64,000 nt of DNA from an uncultured delta proteobacterium (GCA_963737265.1 CAVTRY010000011.1:544001-608000), one strand, 5' to 3'. Shown: positions 49,035 through 59,403, counted from the first letter of the stretch. The notes: a model not told the origin generated them from the sequence alone. Numbers and translations are program-made.

Positions 49035-49985
49035 CTATTTAGTTGTCTGTGGCGTATCCGGCCGTCGTTTGAGCCGTTCCAAGGCTTCCTTGGCCATGGC
49101 CCGAATGTCTTCGTCGTCGTGGGTTTCGGCCACGAAAGCCAAGTAGTCCGTCGCCTCCCGACCACCCAGCGTGGCGATGGCATCGAGCACCTTGCGCATC
49201 TCGCGCACGTCGCGCATGGGGCGGGATTCAGCCAAGGCCTTGACGGCGCTTCGTTCACGCATCTCAACCAGAGCTCCCAGAGCCGCGTCCCTCACCGCCT
49301 CGTCCTCGTCCGCCAGCAGCCCCAGAATATCCGGAACCTCCTCGCGTAGCTTGCGGGCACCAATGATGCGTAAGGCTTCCACGCGCAGGTCGGTGTCGCG
49401 TGATTCGAGCGCCGATTTTACCTCGGGCACCTTCGCCACCCAGAGTCTCTGGCGTGCAACGTAGGACAGCAACAGATCTTCGACGGTTCGCTCAGCCAGT
49501 CGTTGAAAAGACTCCGTCGGGTGATCCACCTCCCCGGCAGGCAGGGGAACCTGTCCGGTCGCCAGCAGGTCCTCATTGAACCGAACAGGCGAGGCGCCCT
49601 GCGGCCGCACGGCGATGCGCAGTCGCAGCCTCACTCCGATTTCCGGATGTTCGGACGAGCCGTCGCTCAGTGCCTGAACCTCCACCCTGACATTTGCGCT
49701 CGATTGCTGCGCCACAGGGCTGGCGAGCTCCGCGAAGATCCCTGCGCCCGTCAGCACGGATCTCACCTTTTCCGCGAGTCGGGGCTCGTCGAGATGGAAC
49801 TCGGTCCCGCGAAAACTCATGGGGCTCTCGGATTTGATTGCAACCGATCCGAGGGCGGGTCGGGCGTCGAGATCGCGCTTGGGCTCTCGGGGACACCCTT
49901 TGCAAGCTGCCATCGAGCACAGCAGGGTCGCGCCCACGGCCAGGAGCTTCCCTGACGGAGGGATCGGCTTAGGCGGAACCCGCAC
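49035..49985 (-). CDS. HEAT-repeat protein, probable lipoprotein (start uncertain)
   Basis: Hydrophobic segment ending AAC, with C-terminal HEAT repeats (LADEDEAVRDAALGAL). Confidence 0.75.
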   Translation of the reverse strand: MRVPPKPIPPSGKLLAVGATLLCSMAACKGCPREPKRDLDARPALGSVAIKSESPMSFRGTEFHLDEPRLAEKVRSVLTGAGIFAELASPVAQQSSANVRVEVQALSDGSSEHPEIGVRLRLRIAVRPQGASPVRFNEDLLATGQVPLPAGEVDHPTESFQRLAERTVEDLLLSYVARQRLWVAKVPEVKSALESRDTDLRVEALRIIGARKLREEVPDILGLLADEDEAVRDAALGALVEMRERSAVKALAESRPMRDVREMRKVLDAIATLGGREATDYLAFVAETHDDEDIRAMAKEALERLKRRPDTPQTTK

Positions 49986-51114
49986 CGCCGCGCGGCGCCG
50001 GCGCGCGCACCTTCGTCCTGACGGATACATCTCGATCTTTGCCCTTGGCGGGTATCGCAACAGGCGGTAGCTGCGCGATGGAGCTCATACGGGATTGCCT
50101 GGCCAAAGCCAACTCGATGATCCGCGTGATGAGCTCCTTGTAGGAAAGGCCGGCAGCCTTGGCGGCGCGAGAATAGCCGCCCGCCAGATCGGAGAGATCG
50201 CAGTTGGGGTTGACATCGATGACGTACGGCACACCATCGGCCGAAAGGCGTATGTCCATACGGCCGTAGTCGCGCAAGCCAATCGCGCGAAAAGCATCAA
50301 GGGCGGTTCGGGCGATGGTGGAACGGAGCTCTTCCGACAAACCTTCACAACGTACCGGGCGAGTTCCCCTATACTCAATCGAGTCTTCGACCCATTTGCC
50401 CTCGAACGAGACGATGTTCGGGCGGTCGCTTGGCATGTCGGAGAAATCGATCTCGAAAAAGGGGAAGACCTGGGGCTCGTGGTCGACACGCTCCAGGATC
50501 GACACGTAGATCTCTCTACCCTCGATGAACTCCTCGACCAGCGCCGGCTGCCGGTAGTTCTCGAGCACGTACGCAACACGCGCCTTGAGCGCGTCGAGGG
50601 TGGTCGTCACCGACGCACTGCAAATCCCGACTGAGGCGTCTTCGCGGGCAGGCTTGACAATCGCGGGGAACGCCAGCCCCAGCTTTTCGCTCTCTTCGAT
50701 CGAATTGACCAGGCCCCCGCGCGGCATGGGAATTCCCCGCCCACGTAGGATGTCCTTGACCTTCTCCTTGCGGAGGGCGAGCGAAAGCCCAAAAGAACAC
50801 GATCCGGTGTAGGCGATTCCCGCGAGATCCATCAGCAGCGGCATCAGGGATTCGAAGCGGCTGTCGCCATGGATCGACTCGCACAAATTGAAGACCGCAC
50901 TAGGCTTCAATTCCTGAAGCGCCGCCAGGGCGGCCGGGATGTCGTTGGTAATTCCCAGCCCCGACGTCTCATATCCGTTGGCATTCAGGATGTGGAGGAT
51001 ATCCTGCGCGACGTCCTTGACGTCCTCTCGCGCTTTGTTCTCGGGGTCCGCTTCGGCTCCCTCGAAGTCGCGATTGTAGATGACTACGATGCGCGGCCTG
51101 CTCCGTACCTTCAC
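49969..51114 (-). CDS. D-Ala-D-Ala ligase-family ATP-grasp enzyme
   Basis: VFNLCES, YTGS, VKPAREDASVGI, LVEEFIEGRE, RMDIR and DVNPN. Confidence 0.85.
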   Translation of the reverse strand: MKVRSRPRIVVIYNRDFEGAEADPENKAREDVKDVAQDILHILNANGYETSGLGITNDIPAALAALQELKPSAVFNLCESIHGDSRFESLMPLLMDLAGIAYTGSCSFGLSLALRKEKVKDILRGRGIPMPRGGLVNSIEESEKLGLAFPAIVKPAREDASVGICSASVTTTLDALKARVAYVLENYRQPALVEEFIEGREIYVSILERVDHEPQVFPFFEIDFSDMPSDRPNIVSFEGKWVEDSIEYRGTRPVRCEGLSEELRSTIARTALDAFRAIGLRDYGRMDIRLSADGVPYVIDVNPNCDLSDLAGGYSRAAKAAGLSYKELITRIIELALARQSRMSSIAQLPPVAIPAKGKDRDVSVRTKVRAPAPRGGAGSA

Positions 51115-51129
51115 GATGGTGATTCTATC

Positions 51130-51810
51130 TTATAGATTCACGTTTGCGATTTGCAATCGAGAGGACGACGCGAAAATTCGTACTGTCGCCATGCCGAACG
51201 ACTTGTCGAACGAACGCGCCACGCTTTCCGCGACCACGTCGGTCCTGGGCGCGAATCCCACGAGTTTCGCAATCGAGGTAACGCCTGTGCCGCCAAGACC
51301 GCACGGCACGATGGAGCGAAAGCCTGTGAGATCGATGCTGCAGTTGAGGGCGAAGCCATGAATTGCGACGCGATGGCGGACGTGCACGCCAAACGCGCAA
51401 ATTTTGTCCGAACCGACCCATACCCCTGGACATGAATCGCGCCATTCGGAAGAGATGCCGAGATCGGCCAGCACCGCGATGATTCCGTCGGCCATGGCTG
51501 CCACGTGGGCGCGGACCCCGCGGCGTAGGCGAAACACCGGGTATCCGACCAGCTGGCCCGGGCCGTGAAAGGTGACGTCGCCGCCCCGGGTGGATCGTTC
51601 GACCGCAATGCCAGCTGCGCGAAGCCATTCTGGCGTGGCCACAATGTTGCTGGGATCAGCGCCCCGGCCCAGCGTGATGACCGGCTCGTGCTCAAGCAGA
51701 AGCAATGTGTCCGGTCCCCTACCCTCCGCGACCTGGCTGCGGACTTTCTCCTGGAGGAGCAATGCCCTTGCGTAGGACAAAGAGCCTAACCACGCCCACT
51801 CTGCGTACAA
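51130..51810 (-). CDS. lipB: Lipoyl(octanoyl) transferase
   Basis: LEHEPVITLG, RGGDVTFHGPGQLVGYP, KICAFG, HGFALN and IVPCG. Confidence 0.95.
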   Translation of the reverse strand: MYAEWAWLGSLSYARALLLQEKVRSQVAEGRGPDTLLLLEHEPVITLGRGADPSNIVATPEWLRAAGIAVERSTRGGDVTFHGPGQLVGYPVFRLRRGVRAHVAAMADGIIAVLADLGISSEWRDSCPGVWVGSDKICAFGVHVRHRVAIHGFALNCSIDLTGFRSIVPCGLGGTGVTSIAKLVGFAPRTDVVAESVARSFDKSFGMATVRIFASSSRLQIANVNL

Positions 51811-51818
51811 CAGCCGGC

Positions 51819-53442
51819 CTATCCCTCCGAGAGCTCGGCGAAGAAGTCGGCGTCGACCAAGTCCACCGCGAGCGAAGCGCTGACCACGCCGATGCCGTGG
51901 CGCAAGCAGGTTTCCGCCAAGGCTGGCCCATCCACGATCTCAATCGGCTGCCCGGACTGCTTCCACTCGTTGATAGCATCGTCGGCCAGACGTCCCGACA
52001 GCAGCAAGAGGCCTTCGTCCTGGTTGCGCGCGCGAACTCCGGCGCGCAGCTCGCCGAGCGCTCGGCGCCCGGCGGCGCTGACCCCTGGGCGCAAGGCGAT
52101 GAGGCAACGCGACGGCCGAAATCCTCGACCCCGCAAAGCCTCAACGTAGATGGTGCCCTCGACCCGCTTGACGAAGGTGGCCGGGCCGAATCCTTCCCGT
52201 TGCAGGACGACGCGAGCGACGGCCTCGAACGAGGCCGGTGCCAACTCTCCCAGGCGCTGTTCAAGCGCCGCCAGGGTCCGCTCGCGCAGCGCACGGCAGG
52301 CCTCGCCAAAAACGAACTCGGCCTTTTCGAGGTCGGCGTCGGGTACGCGCCTCGACAGTGCATAAAGGCCACTCCCGGCGGACTTGATGCGCGGCCTCAC
52401 TCCCGCCCGCAACCGCTCCTTCGATTCGGAGGCCAGGGCGGCTCGCATCACCCGCCACGCTTCGTTCGGCTCACCGTGAATGAGACGGCGCCGAACGGCG
52501 CTATCCGCAATCTGTCGCACGTGGACTCCGCGTCCGGGGGTCTGACCCTTGAGAACTTCGATGGCAGCATCCACCGGAGACAAGACCTTACGGCCGGCCT
52601 GACTCGGCCCCTCGGCCGGCAGCGCCGAGGCTTGGGCTCCAGAGTTGCCGCTGCCGGCAGGACCAGGAGACGGCTCAGCCGACGATGCCGGCAGCGGGGT
52701 CGACTCGACGTCTGGCGACGCGGACGCGCGCGCCTGCGAATCCACCGGAATTTCCGTCTTGGACGCTCTGTCCGTGGCATCTCCTTCGCTGTCCGTTTCG
52801 GCGTCAGTCGACGAGACCCGTCTCGGCGCCGTGTCGTCCGTGTCGCCGTCATCCTCATCTATCTCGCCTGTTTCATCTACTTCGTCTGCTTCTTCAATGG
52901 CGCCTTCGAGCACGCCGGTTTCGGCCAGCGCGGCGGCTCGCGCCTCGGCAGAAAGCGTACCGATTCTGAGGCTCCTCGGCCTCGTCGTGTTCGTTGGCAC
53001 TCGCCTCGCGAACAGCCTCGTAGGCCCCGCTTTCTGCCGGCGCCTCGGTCGGAGTCTCCATACGCGTCTCTTCACCTCCCCGGTGATCTCGACGTCGGCC
53101 GCGACCTCCGCGCCGTCGGCGTCGCCCGCGCGCATCGGCGCCTGCCTCCGCGGGCTTCTCCTCAACCGTCGGCTTAGTCTCTTCTTTTGTTTCTTCAACC
53201 ACCGGTTCGGCGACCGCCTCCGGGTAGCGCAGAAGACCGAACACGCCGGGCTTAACCCGGACGAAAGGAGCGCCGGGAGCCTTTTTCACCGCGCCGGTGA
53301 GCTGGGTTTGCATGGTGACTTCCGGGGTTCGCCCCACGAAGGTCAGGAGTTTGCGCTCCAAGGCTTTTTCGGTCAGCTCTTTGTAGTGCAGTGGTTTACG
53401 CTCGCGCTTGAGGATCTCGAGCGCCGCTTCGAGGAATGTCAT
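51819..53442 (-). CDS. HARE-HTH protein with Arg/acidic disordered linker and C-terminal Mrr-like domain, apparent frameshift near 52965
   Basis: MTFLEAALEIL..PLHYKELT..GRTPEVTM (HARE-HTH), a second HTH, then FEAVARVVLQREGF ... IEIVDGPAL (Mrr-like). The frames join at EPQ|IGTLSA. Confidence 0.75.
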
Positions 53443-53551
53443 AGGGCCTGTTTCCTACCACAAACCGCGCGCCCGTGGTGTGCCCAGCGACGAGCGCGCT
53501 CATTTGGTGTGTTTTTTTGACCCTGCCGCCTAGGAAAGGTACCCGTGGTAC

Positions 53552-54553
53552 ATGAGTTTCAGCAGGAAGATCGGAGTTCTCCTAGGTGGTCTTGCGGTCG
53601 AACGCGATGCTTCGATTCGTGCTGGAGAAGCCGTCGTTAAGGCTCTGCGCTGTGCGGGTCACCAGGCCTGTCCGATGTTCGTAGACCGGGACATCGACGT
53701 GGCCTTACGTCAGATACGAATCGACGTCGCATTCATGGCGGGAAGAGGTCGTTACAGCGCGGACGGCTGCCTGCAGGGCTTTCTAGAGCTGCAAGGAATT
53801 CCCTACACCGGCTCCGGCGTACTCGCCAGCAGCCTCGCCATGAACCGCGCCAAGACCAAGGACATCCTTCGGCTATTCAATCTACCCGTGGCTCCGGGGT
53901 ATGTTGTGTGCGGCGACCACAAAGGTGATTTGACTGAAGTCCATGGTGCTTTCGGCTTTCCGGTTGTGGTTCGTCCGGTGAGCGCGTCCCTGCTTTCAGG
54001 TGGAACGCTCGCTCGCGACGAGCTTGAGCTGGAAGGTGCCCTCGACGACGTGTTCAGGCTGGAGGATCACGCGCTGGTCGAAAGATTTGTGCAGGGGCGC
54101 CCGCTCACGGTGGGCATTCTCGACGGCGCCGCCTTGGGGCTTGTGGAGGTTCCGCGCGCCGGTTCCTGGGTAGGATTGCGTTCGGTCGGGGCGCGCGGCC
54201 AGGAGCTGTGCGCCCCCGTCCGCCTTTCGCGCGAGCGCTACGACTCCGTGCTACGCCTGGCGACGCAAGCCTACGATGCCCTTGGCTGTGAAGGTCCGGC
54301 GTGCGTAGAGATGCTGGCGAGCGAGCGCCTCAACGAAACCATCATCGACATCGACACCTCGCCCGTCCTCTTACCGAGTAGCCCGCTGCCGCTTATCGCG
54401 CAGCAGGCGGGGCTTTCCTATCAAGCCTTCGTGGAGGAGATTCTTCATGGGGCTCGCCTGCGATCGCATGGGCGGCACGGCAATCGTCGAGCGCTTCAGA
54501 CCGCCTTTGTGGGACTGGACCGCCGCTCCCACGCGATCCCGGAAACGCATTGA
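53552..54553 (+). CDS. Divergent D-Ala-D-Ala ligase homologue (probably inactive)
   Basis: IGVLLGG..ER..S, DGCLQG, IPYTGSGVLAS and LVERFVQGR are present, but several catalytic motifs are altered. Confidence 0.8.
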   Translation: MSFSRKIGVLLGGLAVERDASIRAGEAVVKALRCAGHQACPMFVDRDIDVALRQIRIDVAFMAGRGRYSADGCLQGFLELQGIPYTGSGVLASSLAMNRAKTKDILRLFNLPVAPGYVVCGDHKGDLTEVHGAFGFPVVVRPVSASLLSGGTLARDELELEGALDDVFRLEDHALVERFVQGRPLTVGILDGAALGLVEVPRAGSWVGLRSVGARGQELCAPVRLSRERYDSVLRLATQAYDALGCEGPACVEMLASERLNETIIDIDTSPVLLPSSPLPLIAQQAGLSYQAFVEEILHGARLRSHGRHGNRRALQTAFVGLDRRSHAIPETH

Positions 54554-54617
54554 TGCCCCCAAAACCAGACGATCCTCGGGATGATCCTCTGTCGCATTCG
54601 GGCTAGGATGAAGCAGT

Positions 54618-56681
54618 TTGTCGCGCAGGCATCGCCTAATCGCCGTCGTCGTCTTCTCCGCGCTGATTTTCGCGTGCGGAACGGGCCTCGCCCTGTGGTG
54701 GTGGAAAGCACCTTCCCTGGTTCTTCGCCAGGTCGAAAGAATGACCGGCCATCGCGCGACACTCGGTGGACTGTCCCTGACCCACCGCCTTGACTTGGTC
54801 GCCTACGACGTGCGCATCGCGGGTGCGCCTCCATTCGAGTCGCACACCCTCGCACACGCGGATCGGGTGACGGTGCGATTGGGTGGCCGGGGCGGGCTCC
54901 TCGCCGCTTCCGAGATCGTGATCGACGGGTTGGAGGTGGAATACCTAGGAACCGACGCTGGCGACAACCTGAGAATCCCCGCCACGGCTGCCCAGAGGTT
55001 GGCGCGCACGCAGGCCGGTTCCGACCAGCCGTGGCTACCGCGGATCATCGTGCGCGCAGCGCGATTGCACGGCACGGTCGAGCTTCCGCACATGCCACGC
55101 ATCGCTTTTCGCGTACCGCAAGCCGAGATTGAACGCGCATCTGACGGCGCGATGTCGACATCGCTTCACCGTCTGGTCGTCGACGCCGACGCGCTGGGCT
55201 CCCTACGCGCGCTGGCGGTCACGGTGAAGGCCGATCGTGGCGGATTGCTCGCCGCCACCGGAACTGGTGTCGCCGTCGAAGTGCCGGGCGGCGGGACCTT
55301 GCTCGAAAACCTAACTCTGGGTGGGAAACACTCCGCCACCGACACCGAATTCGAGTTGCGCAACGGTGATGGCGGGGCGACCCCGGCGGTGATTGACGCC
55401 CATTGGAACGCGCAATCCGCGGAGCTTTCTGTAGCCGCCGAGGATATTGCGCTGCGTGCCTTGGCTGCGTTGCCCGCCAGCCACGCGCTCGGATTTGAAG
55501 ACGCGAAAGCGTCGCTGCGTGTTTCGCTAGCCCTCGACCGCATCGGTTTGAGCGCCGACTACTCCATGACGGGGAAAATTCGCGGTCTCGATGTCCTGCA
55601 CCCGGCAATCGATCGCGTTCCGTGGCGCCATCAAGACGTCGCGCTGGGCTTGAACGGAAGGGTCGACCTGACATCGAACCGCTTGACCATCGCGGGTGGA
55701 CAGTTGAAGGCGGTCGGAGCCACCTTGTCCGTGAAGGGCTGGATAGATGTCACGGCCGCCCCGCGCGGCGCTCTCGTCTTCGCGACTCCTCGCCGAGCAC
55801 CCCTTTCGTGCACCTCCATATTTTTCGCCCTGCCCGCGCCCGTCCAGCAAGCACTCTTTGGCATGGAGGTCGACGGAAGACTTGGGATGAGCCTGGCCCT
55901 GGCATTCGACGCCACGGCTTGGGAAGATCTCAAGCTCGATCTTCAGATCGATCCGGTCTGCACGGTAAGAAAGGAAGCGCAGGTCATGGCAAACCTACTG
56001 CCCGCCCTCGTCAGTTCCTCGATAACACCGTCCCTGCCGGTGGCGACGAAGTTGCCGCTTGGCCGTGCCTTCGCCGACTTCGTTCCCCTTGCGCTTATGC
56101 CGAGACACCTGCCGTCGGCCTTTCTCACGTCGGAGGATTCCAAGTTCTTCCACCACAACGGATTCGACCTCGACATGATTCGTCATGCGTTGGCACAGGA
56201 TCTGGAAAACCGGACCTTCGGACGCGGCGCCAGCACGATCACGCAGCAGCTTGCCAAAAACCTCTTCCTCACCAACCAGCGCACCGTCGCGAGGAAGCTG
56301 GAAGAGGCTGTCCTGACTTGGCGACTGCACAAGCTTCTCAGCAAGGATCGGGTGCTTGAACTCTACCTTAACGTCATCGAGCTGGGTCCGGGAATCCGCG
56401 GTGTGGGACAAGCCGCGCGCGTCTATTTCGGCAAGGACGTCGCCGATCTCACCCCACTCGAATCCGCCCACCTCGCCGCGCTGACCCCCAATCCGCACGT
56501 TCTCGCGCGGCGTTTTCGCGAAGGTCAGGTTGACGAGGGATGGCGGCAGCGGCTCTACGATTTGCTGGGCATGATGAAACGCCACGGTCGATTGACGCCG
56601 GCCGAGTTGGGCGCGGCACGCGCGAGCAAACTGGTCTTGCGCGACCTCAGCGTAGAGGGTGCGCAGCGTGGATCGCGCTAG
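54618..56681 (+). CDS. Biosynthetic peptidoglycan transglycosylase (GT51) with long N-terminal AsmA-like region
   Basis: SEDSKFFHHNG, RGASTITQQLAKNLF, RKLEE and LELYLN. Confidence 0.88.
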   Translation: MSRRHRLIAVVVFSALIFACGTGLALWWWKAPSLVLRQVERMTGHRATLGGLSLTHRLDLVAYDVRIAGAPPFESHTLAHADRVTVRLGGRGGLLAASEIVIDGLEVEYLGTDAGDNLRIPATAAQRLARTQAGSDQPWLPRIIVRAARLHGTVELPHMPRIAFRVPQAEIERASDGAMSTSLHRLVVDADALGSLRALAVTVKADRGGLLAATGTGVAVEVPGGGTLLENLTLGGKHSATDTEFELRNGDGGATPAVIDAHWNAQSAELSVAAEDIALRALAALPASHALGFEDAKASLRVSLALDRIGLSADYSMTGKIRGLDVLHPAIDRVPWRHQDVALGLNGRVDLTSNRLTIAGGQLKAVGATLSVKGWIDVTAAPRGALVFATPRRAPLSCTSIFFALPAPVQQALFGMEVDGRLGMSLALAFDATAWEDLKLDLQIDPVCTVRKEAQVMANLLPALVSSSITPSLPVATKLPLGRAFADFVPLALMPRHLPSAFLTSEDSKFFHHNGFDLDMIRHALAQDLENRTFGRGASTITQQLAKNLFLTNQRTVARKLEEAVLTWRLHKLLSKDRVLELYLNVIELGPGIRGVGQAARVYFGKDVADLTPLESAHLAALTPNPHVLARRFREGQVDEGWRQRLYDLLGMMKRHGRLTPAELGAARASKLVLRDLSVEGAQRGSR

Positions 56682-58221
56682 CGCGCCGTGGGGTTTCTCG
56701 GCACCAGTCGCAACACGCAGGAATCCGCCGTTACGTCCCCGGCGACGTGAATAGACAGCGGCGCTGGCGATACGAGCCTATCGGTGCGGGCGGCAAGCAC
56801 ATAGTCCCCGTGTGGCACCTGGACGAGGAAGGTTCCTTTTGCGTCCGTTGTCACTCGCACGGCCGAGCGCGCCGGCTTGCCTACAGGTCGGGCGTCGACC
56901 ACGGCGCCCTCGACGGGGTGGTCGGCTTCGTCCAAGACTTGGCCCGCCAGGCTCGCTCCCGAGATGAGCGTCAAATCGCCGAGGTCGCGCACATCGCCGG
57001 GCACGAGCAGCAAGGGCTCGCGCCGAAATGGGAGTTTTCGCGGATGACGTATCGCGATCCTGGCGCGTCCAGGCGAAAGCCCGCGAATTGCGAAGGCGCC
57101 GGTATTATCCGTTCGAGCCGGATCGCACACCGCCTGGGCGAATCAACTTGTCCGCAGGCAGCTCGGCCGCCTCGGCGGCGAGCGGAAGTGAACCCAGGAT
57201 GACGACCAGTTCATCGCGACCACCGATGAGCGAAATTGCCGACACTTGAACTCCCTCCATGGGTTGCCCCGATTCGTTCGAGCACGCGTCCGAGAATGCG
57301 CGCAGTGCGGGCCAGTCGCAGATCGAAGGACACTCTTGCACGCGACCCGAGCTGGGCCTCGGGAGCGTCGAGCAGCACGTAGTTGTCGAGGCGGGCCAAC
57401 ACCTGGTACTTTCCCGGCGCGATGGGCCCGAGGCTGTAGCGCCCATCGCTGGCGGCTTGCGCCGACAGCGGCAGATCATCGATTGGCACGGCCAAAACAT
57501 CCACGATGGCGCCTGGCAGTAAGCGACCATGGTCGTCCATGACCCGTCCCCCGACAAATACGCCGGGCTGGAGCACCAAGCGCGCATGGGCTGGTCGCAG
57601 GACCGCCTCGTCGAGAACCAGGCTCGTGGCCGGGGACGCCGAAAGGTTCAAGGTCGCCCGAAGGGTGAACCTGCCGTTGCCGAGACCATTCACGATGAAA
57701 ATTCCGTTGGCGTCGCTTGTCACGGCTCGTGTCCAGCGCATTCCGGGGCCGCCCACCACGACTCTGGCTCCAGCTTGCGGCTTGCCGGAGCTGTCCGCGA
57801 CAACGCCAGACAGGGTTCGGCTTTCGCCCTCGAGCATCAGTTCCGCCGGACCGTCCTCGGGCACTTGGCGCTCGGTTTCCAGCGTGCCAAGGCCGGACGC
57901 TTCGACCAGCAGCATCCAACGATCCGGGCGCAGACCAGGGAGCAGGAAGCGGCCTTCTTCGTCCGACCGTGCCTGGGCCACAGCCTCGCCGCGCTTCCCT
58001 TTGGGCCAGGCGATGACCAGGACGTCGGACAGCGGAACGCCTCGTCTGTCCTTCACCACTCCCTCGAGATTCGTGGGCGGGAGGTCGATTGGGCGTAAGC
58101 CGACGTCCGCAAGCCCGGCCGTCTTACCGGAGGATTTTTCCCGACACCCCGCTTGGATGAACGCCGTGAGCAGGAGGCCCGTGACGAGAAGGTTTGATTG
58201 CGCGCTTGCAGAGAGCATCAA
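56678..58221 (-). CDS. Carboxypeptidase-regulatory-like (Ig/transthyretin-like) repeat lipoprotein, two apparent frameshifts (near 57278 and 57113)
   Basis: Repeated G-x-V-x-D..G-x-P..GA-x-V / TD..G.F units span three ORF frames, joined at GCTCGAAC sites. Confidence 0.8.
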
Positions 58222-58254
58222 CTGGTGCTACTTCTACCCCCCTCCGGAGAACCC

Positions 58255-58446
58255 ATGCCAGCGCAGTGTGAAATTTGTGGCAAGCAGCGACAGGTGGCTA
58301 ACAGAGTTAGCCACTCGAATATCAAAACCAAGAGCATTCAGCGGCCGAACCTGCAGCGAGTGCATATCCTGGTGGGCAGCACGCGCAAGCACATCCGTGT
58401 TTGCACCCGCTGCCTGCGCTCGGGCAAGATAGCCAAAGCCATCTGA
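58255..58446 (+). CDS. rpmB: 50S ribosomal protein L28 (Zn-binding type)
   Basis: CEICGK..NRVSHSN..PNLQ..VCTRCLRS. GGAG RBS. Confidence 0.95.
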   Translation: MPAQCEICGKQRQVANRVSHSNIKTKSIQRPNLQRVHILVGSTRKHIRVCTRCLRSGKIAKAI

Positions 58447-58502
58447 GCATCGCCGCTGCGCAGACAGGCATCATTGCGCCCGACACGCTAGCTGTGCCCC
58501 AG

Positions 58503-58907
58503 CTAGGGTGCCACCGCAATGGCGTCGATTTCGACCTGCGCTCCGCGTGGAAGCGCGGCGACCTGTACGGTTGCGCGAGCGGGCGGGCTGGCCGTGAAGT
58601 AGGTGGCGTAGGTTTCGTTGACCACGGAAAACGTCCCGAGGTCGGCCAGATAGATCGTGGTCTTGACGACCCGGTCCAGCGACGAGCCGGCGGCACGCAA
58701 CACAGCGGCCAAGTTCTTCATCACCCGGTGAACTTGCTCACGCACGTCGCCGGTCCCGACAAGGTCGCCGGACTGCGGGTCGATTGGAATTTGTCCGGAG
58801 CAGAACACCAAGCGGCCTGCCGGGACGGCGACGGCCTGGGAATACGGGCCGATGGCCTTGGGCGCATCGGAAGTGGCAATGATTTCGTGAGGCACGGTGG
58901 CAGGCAT
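58503..58907 (-). CDS. ridA: RidA/YjgF family enamine deaminase
   Basis: APKAIGPYSQA, SGQIP, PARATV and LPRGAQVEIDAIA. Confidence 0.92.
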   Translation of the reverse strand: MPATVPHEIIATSDAPKAIGPYSQAVAVPAGRLVFCSGQIPIDPQSGDLVGTGDVREQVHRVMKNLAAVLRAAGSSLDRVVKTTIYLADLGTFSVVNETYATYFTASPPARATVQVAALPRGAQVEIDAIAVAP

Positions 58908-58975
58908 AATGCCCAACATTACCGCTCCGCCGCCGCGCTTGCCAAGCGACGATGGTGGGGTATACGTTCCGGGCT

Positions 58976-59305
58976 GTGAAGTCAGCAGCTCGGCCCCGGC
59001 GACGAAAAAGCGAGCCGCAGCACGCCTCGTCGCTGATGCCGGCTGTGATGGCCAGCATCGGCGGCGACCAGCGCGCGCGTGAACAGCGCGTTTTCGCCAT
59101 CTACGGCGAGGTCGGCGGCGAATTCTTGCGCAAGCACTCGCGTCCCGACGCATTGCGAGACTCGACGTTGGTCGTGCGGGTGTCGAGCTCCGCCATCGCC
59201 CACCATCTAACCATCCTACGCGGCGAAATTTTGCGAAAAATGTCTCCCCTGTTACCGCCCGGCATGGTCATCGAAATTCGGACGCGGGTAGGAACCATCG
59301 AATAG
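58976..59305 (+). CDS. DUF721 / DciA family protein
   Basis: HSRPDALRDSTLVVRVSSSAIAHHL..EIL..IRTRVG matches the DUF721 pattern. TTGCCA and TACGTT boxes lie upstream of the GTG. Confidence 0.7.
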   Translation: MKSAARPRRRKSEPQHASSLMPAVMASIGGDQRAREQRVFAIYGEVGGEFLRKHSRPDALRDSTLVVRVSSSAIAHHLTILRGEILRKMSPLLPPGMVIEIRTRVGTIE

Positions 59306-59403
59306 ACGCCACCGGCGCGGAACGAGCGAGGCCGCCAATGCAAAGTGGACATTGACCTCGACTCACTATATGCCTTGGCGGGCGCGCAACAAGGCGCCCC
59401 ACC

